Shown here: one piece after another, positions 1 to 9,053 of the stretch
How positions within the stretch are numbered: the stretch's first letter is position 1
Layout: each line of letters opens with the position of its first letter
From: Idiomarina loihiensis L2TR
GTDB lineage: Bacteria; Pseudomonadota; Gammaproteobacteria; Enterobacterales; Alteromonadaceae
Assembly (NCBI RefSeq): GCF_000008465.1
Contig: NC_006512.1
Span: 2,250,001 to 2,282,000 of the forward strand
DNA: 32,000 nt
Direction of reading: 5' to 3'
Translations under genes and position numbers: made by a program
Notes under the pieces: model-generated
Databases searched by the model: none
What the model was told of the DNA's origin: nothing
The model's input: the letters and a program-made list of their open reading frames with translations, nothing else

Positions 1-8
1 ACAAAGAG

Positions 9-19
9 TGTCAGGCTAC
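9..19 (-). repeat. Partial copy of the 22 bp REP-like unit (TGTCAGGCTAC, reverse complement of GTAGCCTGACA), downstream of the porin gene. The rest does not clearly align and it lies near the window edge.
   Basis: The 11 nt match the end of the unit seen at 11676-11697 and 16353-16374. Confidence 0.35.
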
Positions 20-46
20 TTTTGTGTTTTTCTGCAGAGGAAACGC

Positions 47-1021
47 TTACCAGGAAAAGTCGTGGCGAATGCCGACTGCAACAAAGTCCTGCTCAATACC
101 TGGCGTTGCGCCGCAACCCTTGGTTGAGTACAAGCTGATGTCGCACTCACGACCCGTGTACCAGGCATAAACACGAGTATCGCCACTGAAGAAGTAATCG
201 GCACCGACAGATAATGAAGCGTCGTTATCGGTGTCATCATCTATTGCCTGATACTGTGCTTTAAAAACCCAGTTTGCATAAGGATGAGCAGCGCTGATTA
301 AGTAACCGTCAGAATCATTTGAGCCATTAATAGTTTCAAATTGCTGCAAAACCACACCGACTCGGGTTTTGCCAAACTTAGTAGCGCCGGTTAATTGGGT
401 TACGTCATAACCATTCACATCACGATCAAAAGCTAACGCAGCATAATAATTGGTTTTCTTCAGCTTACTGTCACCGTACAACAGACCAAAGGAAAGACCG
501 TCGTCAACATTGTCATTTTCTGACGCTATATAAGTAACCCCGAAACTAAAGCCTTTATAAGAAGGTGAGTAATAGGTCAAGGTGTTGTCTGGACGGTTTT
601 CACCCTTGAATAAACTTTTCAAGTCGGCTTCAAAGTCTTTAAACTCATCAACCGAGCCTTGAGAATCCTTTAAAAAAGTATCATAACGGCCAATCATCAC
701 TTCGCCAAAATTGCCGCGCAGGCCGACAACTTGGTTTCGATTCGTTACGGCGTCTTCTTCATCATCAGAGTCGGCTAAATCAACGCCAAACTCTATTTGA
801 TAAAAGACTTCTAAATCGGACTCCAGTTCGCTGGCACCTTTAAAACCGAAACGTGATGAATTACTTACCACCTCAGTTTCTGAACCAAAACCATAGTCAT
901 TACTTTGAAACGAAACATTTGCCCGGCCGTAAACCGTTAAACTGTCATCATTATTAGCGAAAGCCGAAAAGCTGGCTGCAGTGGCAGCAATCATTAACGG
1001 AACCGAGTACTTTGTCATCAT
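47..1021 (-). CDS. Outer-membrane general porin (Gram-negative porin family, trimeric beta-barrel)
   Basis: A signal peptide (MTKYSVPLMIAATAASFSAFA) is followed by alternating beta-strand patterns rich in G, Y, D and N. The C-terminus is aromatic (HDFSW). The track ORF begins at GTG 1030. The ATGs at 1021 and 1018 follow a GAGGA Shine-Dalgarno, so the start is approximate. Confidence 0.8.
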   Translation of the reverse strand: MMTKYSVPLMIAATAASFSAFANNDDSLTVYGRANVSFQSNDYGFGSETEVVSNSSRFGFKGASELESDLEVFYQIEFGVDLADSDDEEDAVTNRNQVVGLRGNFGEVMIGRYDTFLKDSQGSVDEFKDFEADLKSLFKGENRPDNTLTYYSPSYKGFSFGVTYIASENDNVDDGLSFGLLYGDSKLKKTNYYAALAFDRDVNGYDVTQLTGATKFGKTRVGVVLQQFETINGSNDSDGYLISAAHPYANWVFKAQYQAIDDDTDNDASLSVGADYFFSGDTRVYAWYTGRECDISLYSTKGCGATPGIEQDFVAVGIRHDFSW

Positions 1022-1156
1022 TATCCTCACAAAAAAACAAAACCTGTATAAATTTCGCGCACATTATAATGAATGAAAAAATTATTACAGTTTTTTTTCG
1101 TTTTTTAGTCAATCACATGACATTATTGTTAGGATACAGTTATAAATACTCGCTTA

Positions 1157-2410
1157 TTATAAGTTTGCCATTTGCTGTTGCTGCTTATACTGACTTTTCG
1201 CGTATTTAAGCCATTGTTTTGCAGAGCGTTCCGCCCCTTCAATTTCTGCAGCCTGCTCAAAAGACTCAATAGCCTGCTCATAACGTTTCAAGTTCAGTAA
1301 CGCCATTCCTTCAGCCAGATACAAATTACCCTCGTTGTCCAGCTCACCTTTGCTAAAGGCCTGTTTCGCGTATTCTACTGCCTTTTCATTATTATCCAGT
1401 GCCAGATACAGCTGAGCTATTTGCGCCGCAAAGTTTCCGTGCTCAACCTTTTCTGACGCTTTCATATAGGCACTAATGGCTTTTTCATTTTCTTTTGCCT
1501 GAGTATAGGCCTGAGCAACAAATTTCAGGTTATCGACAGAGGCATCAACTTTGCCTTTAGACATGGCTTCCTGCATGGTTTCTGCCGCTTTGTACGGCAA
1601 TTCATTAAAGTAATAAGCCTGAGCTAACTGCCTCCACTCACTGCCTGTTTCGATATACCCCTGTTGATGCGCGGCTTCCAGTACCGCCAGCTGTTTCTCG
1701 TCCTGTTCCAACTGCGCGTAAACACCAGCCAGTTGTACCCAATACTCCGGCTTGCTGTAACTGGTCACTAAACGCTCCATGACTTTGGCAACCTGCTCTG
1801 GCTGCTCCAGCTCGTAGTGCAATGCACGTTTTAAAATCAACCAGTTTTCATCTGGTATTTTGTTTTCTGCATCGACAGCTGCAATGGCTTTATCAATTAG
1901 AGACAAAGCTTCCTGGTATTTATCAGCCTGGTAATAAGCCTGTGCTTTTAACACCCAGGCTTTACCCATCTCACCTTCTTCCGCAAGGCCTTCCCATTGG
2001 TCTAAAAAGCTAATTGCGCGCTGGAACTGGCCATCACTTAAGGCAAGTTGAGCCAGGCTGTACAGCGTGCTTTTTTCCAAAGATTCAGGAATAGGCGACT
2101 CTTTTACAACCTTTTCAAAGTAGTTAATAGCCTCTTTGGTATTGCCCTGCTCGTAATACATGAAACCGTAAAAGTTCCACATCATGGCGCGCTCGTAGCT
2201 GTTCATGCTATCCGCTTTTTCCGCCACTTCGCCCAGTATCGAAATGCCCTCGGCGAGGTTACCGTTATCGGCTTGTTCCTGCGCCCGCGCCAGTTGTCCG
2301 TAAACTTTTTCCCGTAACGCCGGCACTCGTTCAGTCTGTTGTGCCAACACCGGGTGGGCAAAGGCCAGCCAGCAACTACAAGCCGCAAAAGTAATGAATT
2401 TAAATTTCAT
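1157..2410 (-). CDS. ttpD: Periplasmic tetratricopeptide-repeat protein, last gene of the TonB2-type cluster (TtpD-like)
   Basis: A signal peptide (AFAHPVLAQQ) is followed by repeated TPR-like A/Y/L helical motifs throughout. It sits immediately downstream of tonB. Confidence 0.7.
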   Translation of the reverse strand: MKFKFITFAACSCWLAFAHPVLAQQTERVPALREKVYGQLARAQEQADNGNLAEGISILGEVAEKADSMNSYERAMMWNFYGFMYYEQGNTKEAINYFEKVVKESPIPESLEKSTLYSLAQLALSDGQFQRAISFLDQWEGLAEEGEMGKAWVLKAQAYYQADKYQEALSLIDKAIAAVDAENKIPDENWLILKRALHYELEQPEQVAKVMERLVTSYSKPEYWVQLAGVYAQLEQDEKQLAVLEAAHQQGYIETGSEWRQLAQAYYFNELPYKAAETMQEAMSKGKVDASVDNLKFVAQAYTQAKENEKAISAYMKASEKVEHGNFAAQIAQLYLALDNNEKAVEYAKQAFSKGELDNEGNLYLAEGMALLNLKRYEQAIESFEQAAEIEGAERSAKQWLKYAKSQYKQQQQMANL

Positions 2411-2421
2411 AAGTCACCCAA

Positions 2422-3030
2422 TCAGTTCATTTCAAAGGTCATGCGGTTGCGGACACCATCCACTTCCACCGCTTCGCCATCAATAACCCGAGGTTTGTAT
2501 TTAAACTTCAGTACGGCATCCATTGCGGCCTGATCAAAAATACCTTCCGGTTCTGCCTGGACAACCACCGGATCTCGCACCGACCCTTGTTTTGTCACCG
2601 TAAACTCCACCACCACGTAACCTTCTATGCCGCGCTGCAAAGCCCGGCGCGGATATGCAGCCTGAACCTTCACAATAGGCAGATACTCGCCGTCGCTTGC
2701 CTGCAGTGACATACCACTGCCAATGTCTGCACCGCTGTCCATATTGGCCGAAAAGTCATAACCTGATCCGCCGTCAGTATCCGCAATATCATTATTCATT
2801 TGCGGCTGGGGCAAATCTTCAGGTGGCTGCTCAGGCTCTGGGGGGCGTTCAGGCTTGCGCTCCTTCTCCTGAACTTCTTCAGGCTCAGGCGTGCGCACAA
2901 AGTCCAGCACGCTGCCCCGGGGCGGTTCGCTCATTGCGCCCTCGCCACCACTGATCAAGGACTGCATCAGGTAAAACAAACCAATGGTGACAAAAGCTGC
3001 AACCAGTAATGCTGCCAGGAATCTCATCAT
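2422..3030 (-). CDS. tonB: TonB energy transducer
   Basis: It has an N-terminal TM anchor, a Pro/Glu-rich spacer (PEPEEVQEKERKPERPPEPEQPPEDLPQP) and a C-terminal TonB domain (YPRRALQRGIEGYVVVEF...). The start abuts the exbD stop. Confidence 0.9.
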   Translation of the reverse strand: MMRFLAALLVAAFVTIGLFYLMQSLISGGEGAMSEPPRGSVLDFVRTPEPEEVQEKERKPERPPEPEQPPEDLPQPQMNNDIADTDGGSGYDFSANMDSGADIGSGMSLQASDGEYLPIVKVQAAYPRRALQRGIEGYVVVEFTVTKQGSVRDPVVVQAEPEGIFDQAAMDAVLKFKYKPRVIDGEAVEVDGVRNRMTFEMN

Positions 3031-3438
3031 TTACTCTTCATCCGTTGCTACAGAAACGTCGTAAACCCCCGCTGAGCGGGCTGCATCCATTACCTTAATT
3101 AACACCCGGGTGTTTGACTCCTGGTCCGCCTGAATCACCACAGACCCTTGCGGATTTTCCGCGTACAAACGTTCGATGTTAGCTTGCACTGCCCGCACAT
3201 CCACCTGGCGCTTATCAATCCAGATTTCGTTGCTTTCACTTATCGCAATTAAGATGTTGGCACGGTCTTTTTGCACTGCGGTGGCCGCATCCGGGCGGTT
3301 CACATCAATACCGGCTTCCTTCACGAAAGACGCCGTGACAATGAAGAAAATCAACATAATGAACACCACGTCCAGCATGGGTGTCATATCGATAGCACTT
3401 TCTTCTTCTTCAATTAAATTGGCAAAATGCTGCTTCAT
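3031..3438 (-). CDS. exbD: ExbD/TolR family biopolymer transport protein
   Basis: The 135 aa protein has the MTPMLDVVFIMLIFF TM motif with the conserved Asp, plus a periplasmic domain. It lies within the operon. Confidence 0.9.
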   Translation of the reverse strand: MKQHFANLIEEEESAIDMTPMLDVVFIMLIFFIVTASFVKEAGIDVNRPDAATAVQKDRANILIAISESNEIWIDKRQVDVRAVQANIERLYAENPQGSVVIQADQESNTRVLIKVMDAARSAGVYDVSVATDEE

Positions 3439-3459
3439 AATCCTGTCCTCGACATCACC

Positions 3460-3990
3460 TTAGTGACGCTCCAATAAAATTTTATCTTCCAGCTTCATGC
3501 GCTCACGGCGAGTCGTACGTTGCAGCCAGGTTGCGGCAAATACACCTGACAAGGCGCCAACCATACCCGCCATGGTCGGAATAGTGGCTTTAGAGACACC
3601 CGACGCCATTGAGCGCGCACTACCGGTTCCGGTTACCGCCATGACATCGAACACTTCAATCATGCCGGTTACGGTACCCATCAGCCCCAGCAGCGGACAC
3701 AAGGCCACCAGCGCCTTAATAATCGGTAAGTTTCCGCCTAACGCCAAACTGACCCGCGAAATCATCGCCTGCCGAATTTGCTCTGCATTCCACGACGATT
3801 TATCTTCCCGCTGCTGCCAACGTTGCCGCGTTTCTTTCACATTTTTACGGTGCCCGTTGAAGTAATAAAAAATGCGTTCAAGAATCATCAGCCACATGGT
3901 AAAAATGAGGATTCCGATGACCAGCAGAACGTGTCCGCCGGACTCGATGAAATCTCTAATCGCATTACTGAATTCAATGAGGAATAACAC
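3460..3990 (-). CDS. exbB: ExbB/MotA/TolQ family proton channel (short form)
   Basis: The 176 aa protein has three TM segments and the conserved LGLMGTVTGMI motif. Confidence 0.9.
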   Translation of the reverse strand: MLFLIEFSNAIRDFIESGGHVLLVIGILIFTMWLMILERIFYYFNGHRKNVKETRQRWQQREDKSSWNAEQIRQAMISRVSLALGGNLPIIKALVALCPLLGLMGTVTGMIEVFDVMAVTGTGSARSMASGVSKATIPTMAGMVGALSGVFAATWLQRTTRRERMKLEDKILLERH

Positions 3991-3992
3991 GG

Positions 3993-5381
3993 TTACTCTC
4001 CTCGCTCAGACCGCTCCGCGATAATGCCGGATGCTTGTTCCTGCAGTATATGAATCAGGTTTTTACTACGCGTGTGTAACGTCGCGAACAGTAACGTCAT
4101 GGGAATCGCAACCACCAGGCCCAGTACCGTCGTTACCAGGGCTTGTGAAATACCACCTGCCATCAGTTTCGGGTCACCCGTACCAAACAAGGTAATTGCC
4201 TGGAAGGTGTTGATCATACCAGTGACCGTTCCCAGCAGACCCATTAGCGGTGCGACCACTGAAATAATTTTAATGAACGTCAGGTTGCGGGTAATCTTCG
4301 GCACTTCACGCAAAATCCCTTCACTCAGCTTCAATTCCAGGGTTTCAGTGTCAGCCTGCGGATACTTGTCTTTCAGCAACATCACTCGGCCCAGCGGGTT
4401 ATCATCGCTCGGCTTATCTTTTTTCAGCTGACGCTTCACTTTATTGCCCAGCAGCATCAGCGAAACAAAGCGTTCCAGTGCAAACAGCAGGCCAATAGCA
4501 CCCAGTGCTAAAATGATGTAACCAACGGTTCCGCCCTGATCAATACGCTCACTCAGGCTTGGCGCCTGAACTAACAGACTCAGAATTGAACCACCAGTGG
4601 GGTCAAGACCAAAAGTCACAATGCCGCTGTCGGTTTGCTGAATCTCTTCTGCGGTACTCAGGTAGCGGCCTGCTGGCTGACGTACCAGTTCGGCAACCGA
4701 ACCGGTTTCACCCACTCGTTCCAGATATTTACCGTCTGCAACCAGGTTGAATGCACCGACACGAACCACTTCTTTTTCTGACTTGTCGCCGTTTGCCGCG
4801 GTAACCTGAGTGGTAAATTCAGCAACTTTACCGGATTCCGTCATTTCCTGTTGCAAGGCAAACCAGACGCTTTCTATGTCTTCAATAGAGGCCAGCTTAG
4901 ACGACGAGCCCATACGTTCAGCCAGTTCCGATAAATTCTCGGCACGCCCGGGATACTGAGCAGAAATAACCGAGTTATCAAAGTTACTTGAGGCGTCGTT
5001 AGCCACCTGCTGCAAAACACCGAACAGCTCTTTCAGTGAGCCCATGCGCTGCGTTAAAGTATCGCTCAAGTTACCCAAATCAACTTCATTCTGCTCGAAC
5101 TGAGTTTCCAGTTGCTCTGCGCGCTGCTCCAGACGATTGCGCTCGGCAATGGCGTCTTCCAGCATAGCTTTTTGTTCTTGCTCTCTTTCACGAAAACGCT
5201 GTTCACGTTCTTTGTTGTTCTCTGACTGCGAGAACTTGCCCTGCTGCAACTGCTGCAGAAGCTCATCTAAATTAATGGGTTCCTGCGGAACCGGTGCCGC
5301 CAAAGCTGCGGAAGAAGTGATGGCCAGTAGCGTTACTGAGAACCATTTTGCAATCTGCTTACTTAATCTCATGGCTATCAT
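3993..5381 (-). CDS. ttpC: Long MotA/TolQ/ExbB-family protein with a large coiled-coil periplasmic N-domain (TtpC-like)
   Basis: The 462 aa protein has a signal/anchor, a Q/E-rich coiled coil and a C-terminal ExbB-like module (PLMGLLGTVTGMINTF). Its position upstream of exbB-exbD-tonB matches Vibrio TonB2 clusters. Confidence 0.8.
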   Translation of the reverse strand: MIAMRLSKQIAKWFSVTLLAITSSAALAAPVPQEPINLDELLQQLQQGKFSQSENNKEREQRFREREQEQKAMLEDAIAERNRLEQRAEQLETQFEQNEVDLGNLSDTLTQRMGSLKELFGVLQQVANDASSNFDNSVISAQYPGRAENLSELAERMGSSSKLASIEDIESVWFALQQEMTESGKVAEFTTQVTAANGDKSEKEVVRVGAFNLVADGKYLERVGETGSVAELVRQPAGRYLSTAEEIQQTDSGIVTFGLDPTGGSILSLLVQAPSLSERIDQGGTVGYIILALGAIGLLFALERFVSLMLLGNKVKRQLKKDKPSDDNPLGRVMLLKDKYPQADTETLELKLSEGILREVPKITRNLTFIKIISVVAPLMGLLGTVTGMINTFQAITLFGTGDPKLMAGGISQALVTTVLGLVVAIPMTLLFATLHTRSKNLIHILQEQASGIIAERSERGE

Positions 5382-5384
5382 TCC

Positions 5385-6179
5385 TTATTGGCCGCTGCCG
5401 TTGTTAGAAGAACTGGTCGATTTATTCGCGAACAGCGGCATCATCAGTAAATCTGGCGCCAGTTGTTTTCTGGCAATACGAATGGCTTCGTCAATTTCTG
5501 GTAAGTGCTTACTATCAAGCTCTTCCCAGCTGCGCGTTTGCTGGTTCCATAATCCCAGATGCTGACCGTCGCGGGTTTTGTAAATCAAAGCGACACGGCC
5601 AACACGCAGGAAGGTGACGTCTTGTTGCTGACCATCAATTTCGTGTTCAGCGGTATAAGCTTCAATGTTGCGGCCGTAGTCAGCTTCTATCTGGTAAGCT
5701 TCCATAACCCGACGGAACTTCTCAGAGACATCGACGTTGGCTCTTTCCATCAAGTCATTCAGCTGCTGTAAGCGTTCACTTCGCTCGGTCTGCAGAAACG
5801 GGGCGTCTAATTCAACAAAAGACTCAAGCGAGTCAATCATCCGCAACATTAGTGGAGTAATTTGGCGTTCGACATAACTGACCTGATCAATAGAGTTATT
5901 AATGTCGCTTTTTTCACTTTCCTGGCTATCGATTTGCTGCTCGACTTGCGCGGTATAAACCTTTAATCCATCAATTTCTTTCATGATGCGTTTATACTGT
6001 TGCAGTCGTTCCTGCATATCATCGGAAATCTGGTCTATAGTCAGTTGCGACTGACGGGCAGATTCATTAATAGAGGATGCCTGCTCAACCACAGGTTCCA
6101 GTGTGTCCTGTTGCGAATAAGCCGGAGCCGCAACTAAGGCTGCAACAGCTAAAGCGCCAGCAGAAGTAATTAACTTCAT
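5385..6179 (-). CDS. ttpB: Periplasmic coiled-coil protein, DUF3450-like (TtpB-like), first gene of the TonB2 cluster
   Basis: A signal peptide (ALVAAPAYSQQ) and coiled-coil sequence are present. It lies 3 bp from ttpC. Confidence 0.65.
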   Translation of the reverse strand: MKLITSAGALAVAALVAAPAYSQQDTLEPVVEQASSINESARQSQLTIDQISDDMQERLQQYKRIMKEIDGLKVYTAQVEQQIDSQESEKSDINNSIDQVSYVERQITPLMLRMIDSLESFVELDAPFLQTERSERLQQLNDLMERANVDVSEKFRRVMEAYQIEADYGRNIEAYTAEHEIDGQQQDVTFLRVGRVALIYKTRDGQHLGLWNQQTRSWEELDSKHLPEIDEAIRIARKQLAPDLLMMPLFANKSTSSSNNGSGQ

Positions 6180-6355
6180 AAATTATGACCTTTGTGAATT
6201 AATTTGTGGCGACTTTAGTCACTTTTCGTGACAGCTTAATGACTGTAATATGTCATTTTTGTGTCAGTGCTTTTTATTGGCGGGATTGCTTTATTGCGTT
6301 ATTTCAGTCAATGAATTAGTTTATCCCTATCTGTACAACTCGTTGACCTCAGTCT

Positions 6356-8089
6356 ATGGCAATCAAAAGTATTTCATCCTCCTTATTAACTCGCGTGCTT
6401 TCCGTCTACTTTTTGTTGACGTTAATTGTGACCGCGATACAAATTGGAGCTGAATATTTTGATACCAAACGAGTACTGATTGCCGAACTACAGAACCAGC
6501 AAAGCACATTTAATGGCTCCCTGACGCGTTCGCTTTGGGAGTTCAACAGCAACCAGATTGATACCATTGCCGACGGCCTTATTAGTATTCCCGCTATTGC
6601 CGGTGTTCTTATCCGCGACGATGCCGGTAATATTTTGGTGCAGCTGGGCGAAACCACAGAAATGAGCGACTTGCCCGACGACAATAGCGAAGGAGCGTTG
6701 CTACCTGAACGTAACGGTATTTTTGGCTACTACGATTCACTCATATTTGAATTTTCGGGCCACTCCACCAAAGTGGGTGATGTCAGCCTGTTTTCGACCC
6801 GCGACATTGCCATTGACCGTATTAAAGTGAGCCTTGGCTTTATTATCGGTAACGCCATTATTAAAAGTATCTTCCTTATTGTGCTTTTCACTATTGCCTT
6901 TAACCGCATGCTGAACCGGCCACTAAGTGACTTAACTCAGCAAATTAAAGGGTTCCGGCTGGATAACTTAGAGCGCTCCAGAATTCGCTTAGACGACCAG
7001 CACAACAATGAACTGGTGCTGGTCGAGCAGGCCTATAACCAGCTGCTGGACAATATTGAAGAATATCAGTCGGATCTGGACCGTACCCAAAAGAAACTTA
7101 AAGCCGCTAACCGCCAGCTGGATGAACAAAATGCCATACTTGAACAGGAAGTGGCGCGCAAAACATCCAGTTTAAGTCAGGTTATGCTTGACCTTGAGCA
7201 ACGCAAGAACGAGCTGGAAATGCGCCAGGAAAAACTGGAGCGCGAAGTTGGCCAGCGCCGTGCAATTGAAAACACATTGCGCCAGTCTAACCAGCGGCTG
7301 GAGTCCTCCCTTAATAACCTGCGGGAAACTCAGCAACAACTTATTGAATCGGAAAAAATGGCGTCGTTGGGTGGGCTGGTTGCCGGTATTACGCACGACG
7401 TGAATACGCCCATAGGTATTAGCGTTACGGCGTCTTCTTACTTACGCGAAAAACTCGACACTCTGGATCAGTCGCTGCTTAATAAAGAACTGACGCAAAC
7501 GCAACTGAAGAAGTTTATAGAAGAAGGCCGCGAAAGCCTTAACTTACTGGACAGCAACCTGCACCGCGCGTCCGATCTTATTAGCAGCTTTAAACAAGTG
7601 GCTGTCGACCAGGCGTCGGACGCTATCCGCGACATTAACCTGAAAAGTTATATCGAAGACTTAGTTCAGTCTTTGCAGCCTCATCTTAAAAAGACCAACC
7701 ACCAGGTGCGTCTTGAATGTGCCGATGACATTTTCATACGCTGCCCGGCCGGCGCTTTATCGCAAATTTTCACGAATCTGATTCTTAACTCGCTACGCCA
7801 CGCCTTTGACGGGATTAGTGAAGGCCTTATGATCATTTCTATCCGGCTTGATGGCGAAACTCTTCAGGTGCACTATTCTGACAATGGTAATGGTTTATCC
7901 GAAGCTCAACTTAAGCGGTTATTCGACCCCTTCTTTACCACGAAAAGAGACCAGGGTGGCAGCGGCCTGGGTACGCATATTGTCAGAAACCTGGTCACTC
8001 AGACACTGTCTGGTGAAATCAGCGCTGAGAGCGAACCCGGTAAAGGTTTAAGCTATTTCTTTTCATTTTCTGTACAGGTTTTAAACTGA
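6356..8089 (+). CDS. Membrane sensor histidine kinase with no cognate response regulator nearby
   Basis: Two TM segments bracket a periplasmic domain of about 150 aa. A HAMP-like linker and a coiled coil of about 100 aa follow. The H-box is LVAGITHDVNTPIG, and the HATPase_c N, G1 and G2 boxes are present (NLILNSLRHAF, DNGNGL, GGSGLGTHIV). Confidence 0.85.
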   Translation: MAIKSISSSLLTRVLSVYFLLTLIVTAIQIGAEYFDTKRVLIAELQNQQSTFNGSLTRSLWEFNSNQIDTIADGLISIPAIAGVLIRDDAGNILVQLGETTEMSDLPDDNSEGALLPERNGIFGYYDSLIFEFSGHSTKVGDVSLFSTRDIAIDRIKVSLGFIIGNAIIKSIFLIVLFTIAFNRMLNRPLSDLTQQIKGFRLDNLERSRIRLDDQHNNELVLVEQAYNQLLDNIEEYQSDLDRTQKKLKAANRQLDEQNAILEQEVARKTSSLSQVMLDLEQRKNELEMRQEKLEREVGQRRAIENTLRQSNQRLESSLNNLRETQQQLIESEKMASLGGLVAGITHDVNTPIGISVTASSYLREKLDTLDQSLLNKELTQTQLKKFIEEGRESLNLLDSNLHRASDLISSFKQVAVDQASDAIRDINLKSYIEDLVQSLQPHLKKTNHQVRLECADDIFIRCPAGALSQIFTNLILNSLRHAFDGISEGLMIISIRLDGETLQVHYSDNGNGLSEAQLKRLFDPFFTTKRDQGGSGLGTHIVRNLVTQTLSGEISAESEPGKGLSYFFSFSVQVLN

Positions 8090-8162
8090 CAGCTCAGCCC
8101 TAACGGGCTACAATCTCTGCCCTTATTTTTGTTTTATTTGTTGCGACAGGAACAGCTTACCT

Positions 8163-9053
8163 ATGTGGTTTAAAAATCTTCGTTTTTATCAATTCAGCGA
8201 AACCTTTTCCCTGCCTGATGATTTCTCTGAGCAATTATCTGAGCACAGCTTTCACCCCTGTTCGCGCTCGGACCAAAGCTCATTTGGCTGGTCTTCGCCT
8301 TTTGGCGCAGACAATGAAGTACTGACTCACAGCCTGGGTAATTGCTGGTTGCTGTGTGCCAAACGAGAAGAAAAAGTACTTCCCAGCACGGTTGTTAACG
8401 CCCAGCTAGATGAAAAGGTACGCCAGATCAGTGAAGCTGAAGGCCGTTCGGTGCCGCGCAAAGAAAAACAAAACTTAAAAGAAGATTTAATACACCAGCT
8501 TCTGCCACAGGCATTCAGCCGTTTTCGCCAAAGCTGGGGTTACATCGACCTCGACCGCCAAATTATTGCTATTGATGAATCAGCAGCCAATAAAGCCGAA
8601 GACTTTTTAGGTTTGTTGCGTGGTTCGGTCGGCTCGTTACCTGTGCGCCCGGTAAGCCCTAGTGACGCAGTTGAAACTTACCTGACGGCCTGGTTACAAA
8701 GTGCTGAATTACCAAACCCATTCGAGTTTGGCGATGAAGCCGAACTGCGTTCGCCACAAGCTGACGGTGGCATTATTCGTTGCAAGCAGGAAGACTTAAC
8801 CCGTGAGGACATTCAGGCACACTTAGCCGGTGGCAAGCAAGTCACTCGTTTAGGTCTGGTATGGCAGGAAAATTTAGAATTCATTATTGAGTCGGATATG
8901 GCGTTGAAACGAGTTAAGCCGACAGACCGTCTGCTCGACGCCAAAGATGATTTGGTTGACCCTAGTCCGGAAGAAAAAATCGACGCCGACTTTGCACTGG
9001 TTAGTGCCGAAGTCGGGCTTCTATTTGACGATTTAAAGAGAGCTTTTGGCTAA
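8163..9053 (+). CDS. rdgC: Recombination-associated protein RdgC
   Basis: The N-terminus MWFKNLRFYQF and the overall 296 aa architecture are typical of RdgC. Confidence 0.85.
   Translation: MWFKNLRFYQFSETFSLPDDFSEQLSEHSFHPCSRSDQSSFGWSSPFGADNEVLTHSLGNCWLLCAKREEKVLPSTVVNAQLDEKVRQISEAEGRSVPRKEKQNLKEDLIHQLLPQAFSRFRQSWGYIDLDRQIIAIDESAANKAEDFLGLLRGSVGSLPVRPVSPSDAVETYLTAWLQSAELPNPFEFGDEAELRSPQADGGIIRCKQEDLTREDIQAHLAGGKQVTRLGLVWQENLEFIIESDMALKRVKPTDRLLDAKDDLVDPSPEEKIDADFALVSAEVGLLFDDLKRAFG

Noticed and set aside
1012-1209. 65 aa plus-strand ORF in the AT-rich porin upstream region
   Set aside because: It lies in an AT-rich promoter region, overlaps both neighbouring genes' ends, and has a hydrophobic low-complexity product with no Shine-Dalgarno.
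3497-5565. Plus-strand ORFs of 119-142 aa opposite exbB, ttpC and ttpB
   Set aside because: They are fully antisense to well-supported genes with strong family motifs, which is typical of shadow ORFs.
6233-6257. Fur box upstream of the TonB2 cluster
   Set aside because: AATGAC-N8-GTCATT has Fur-like hexamers, but the spacing does not fit the 19 bp consensus GATAATGATAATCATTATC. It is noted only as an unexplained inverted repeat.
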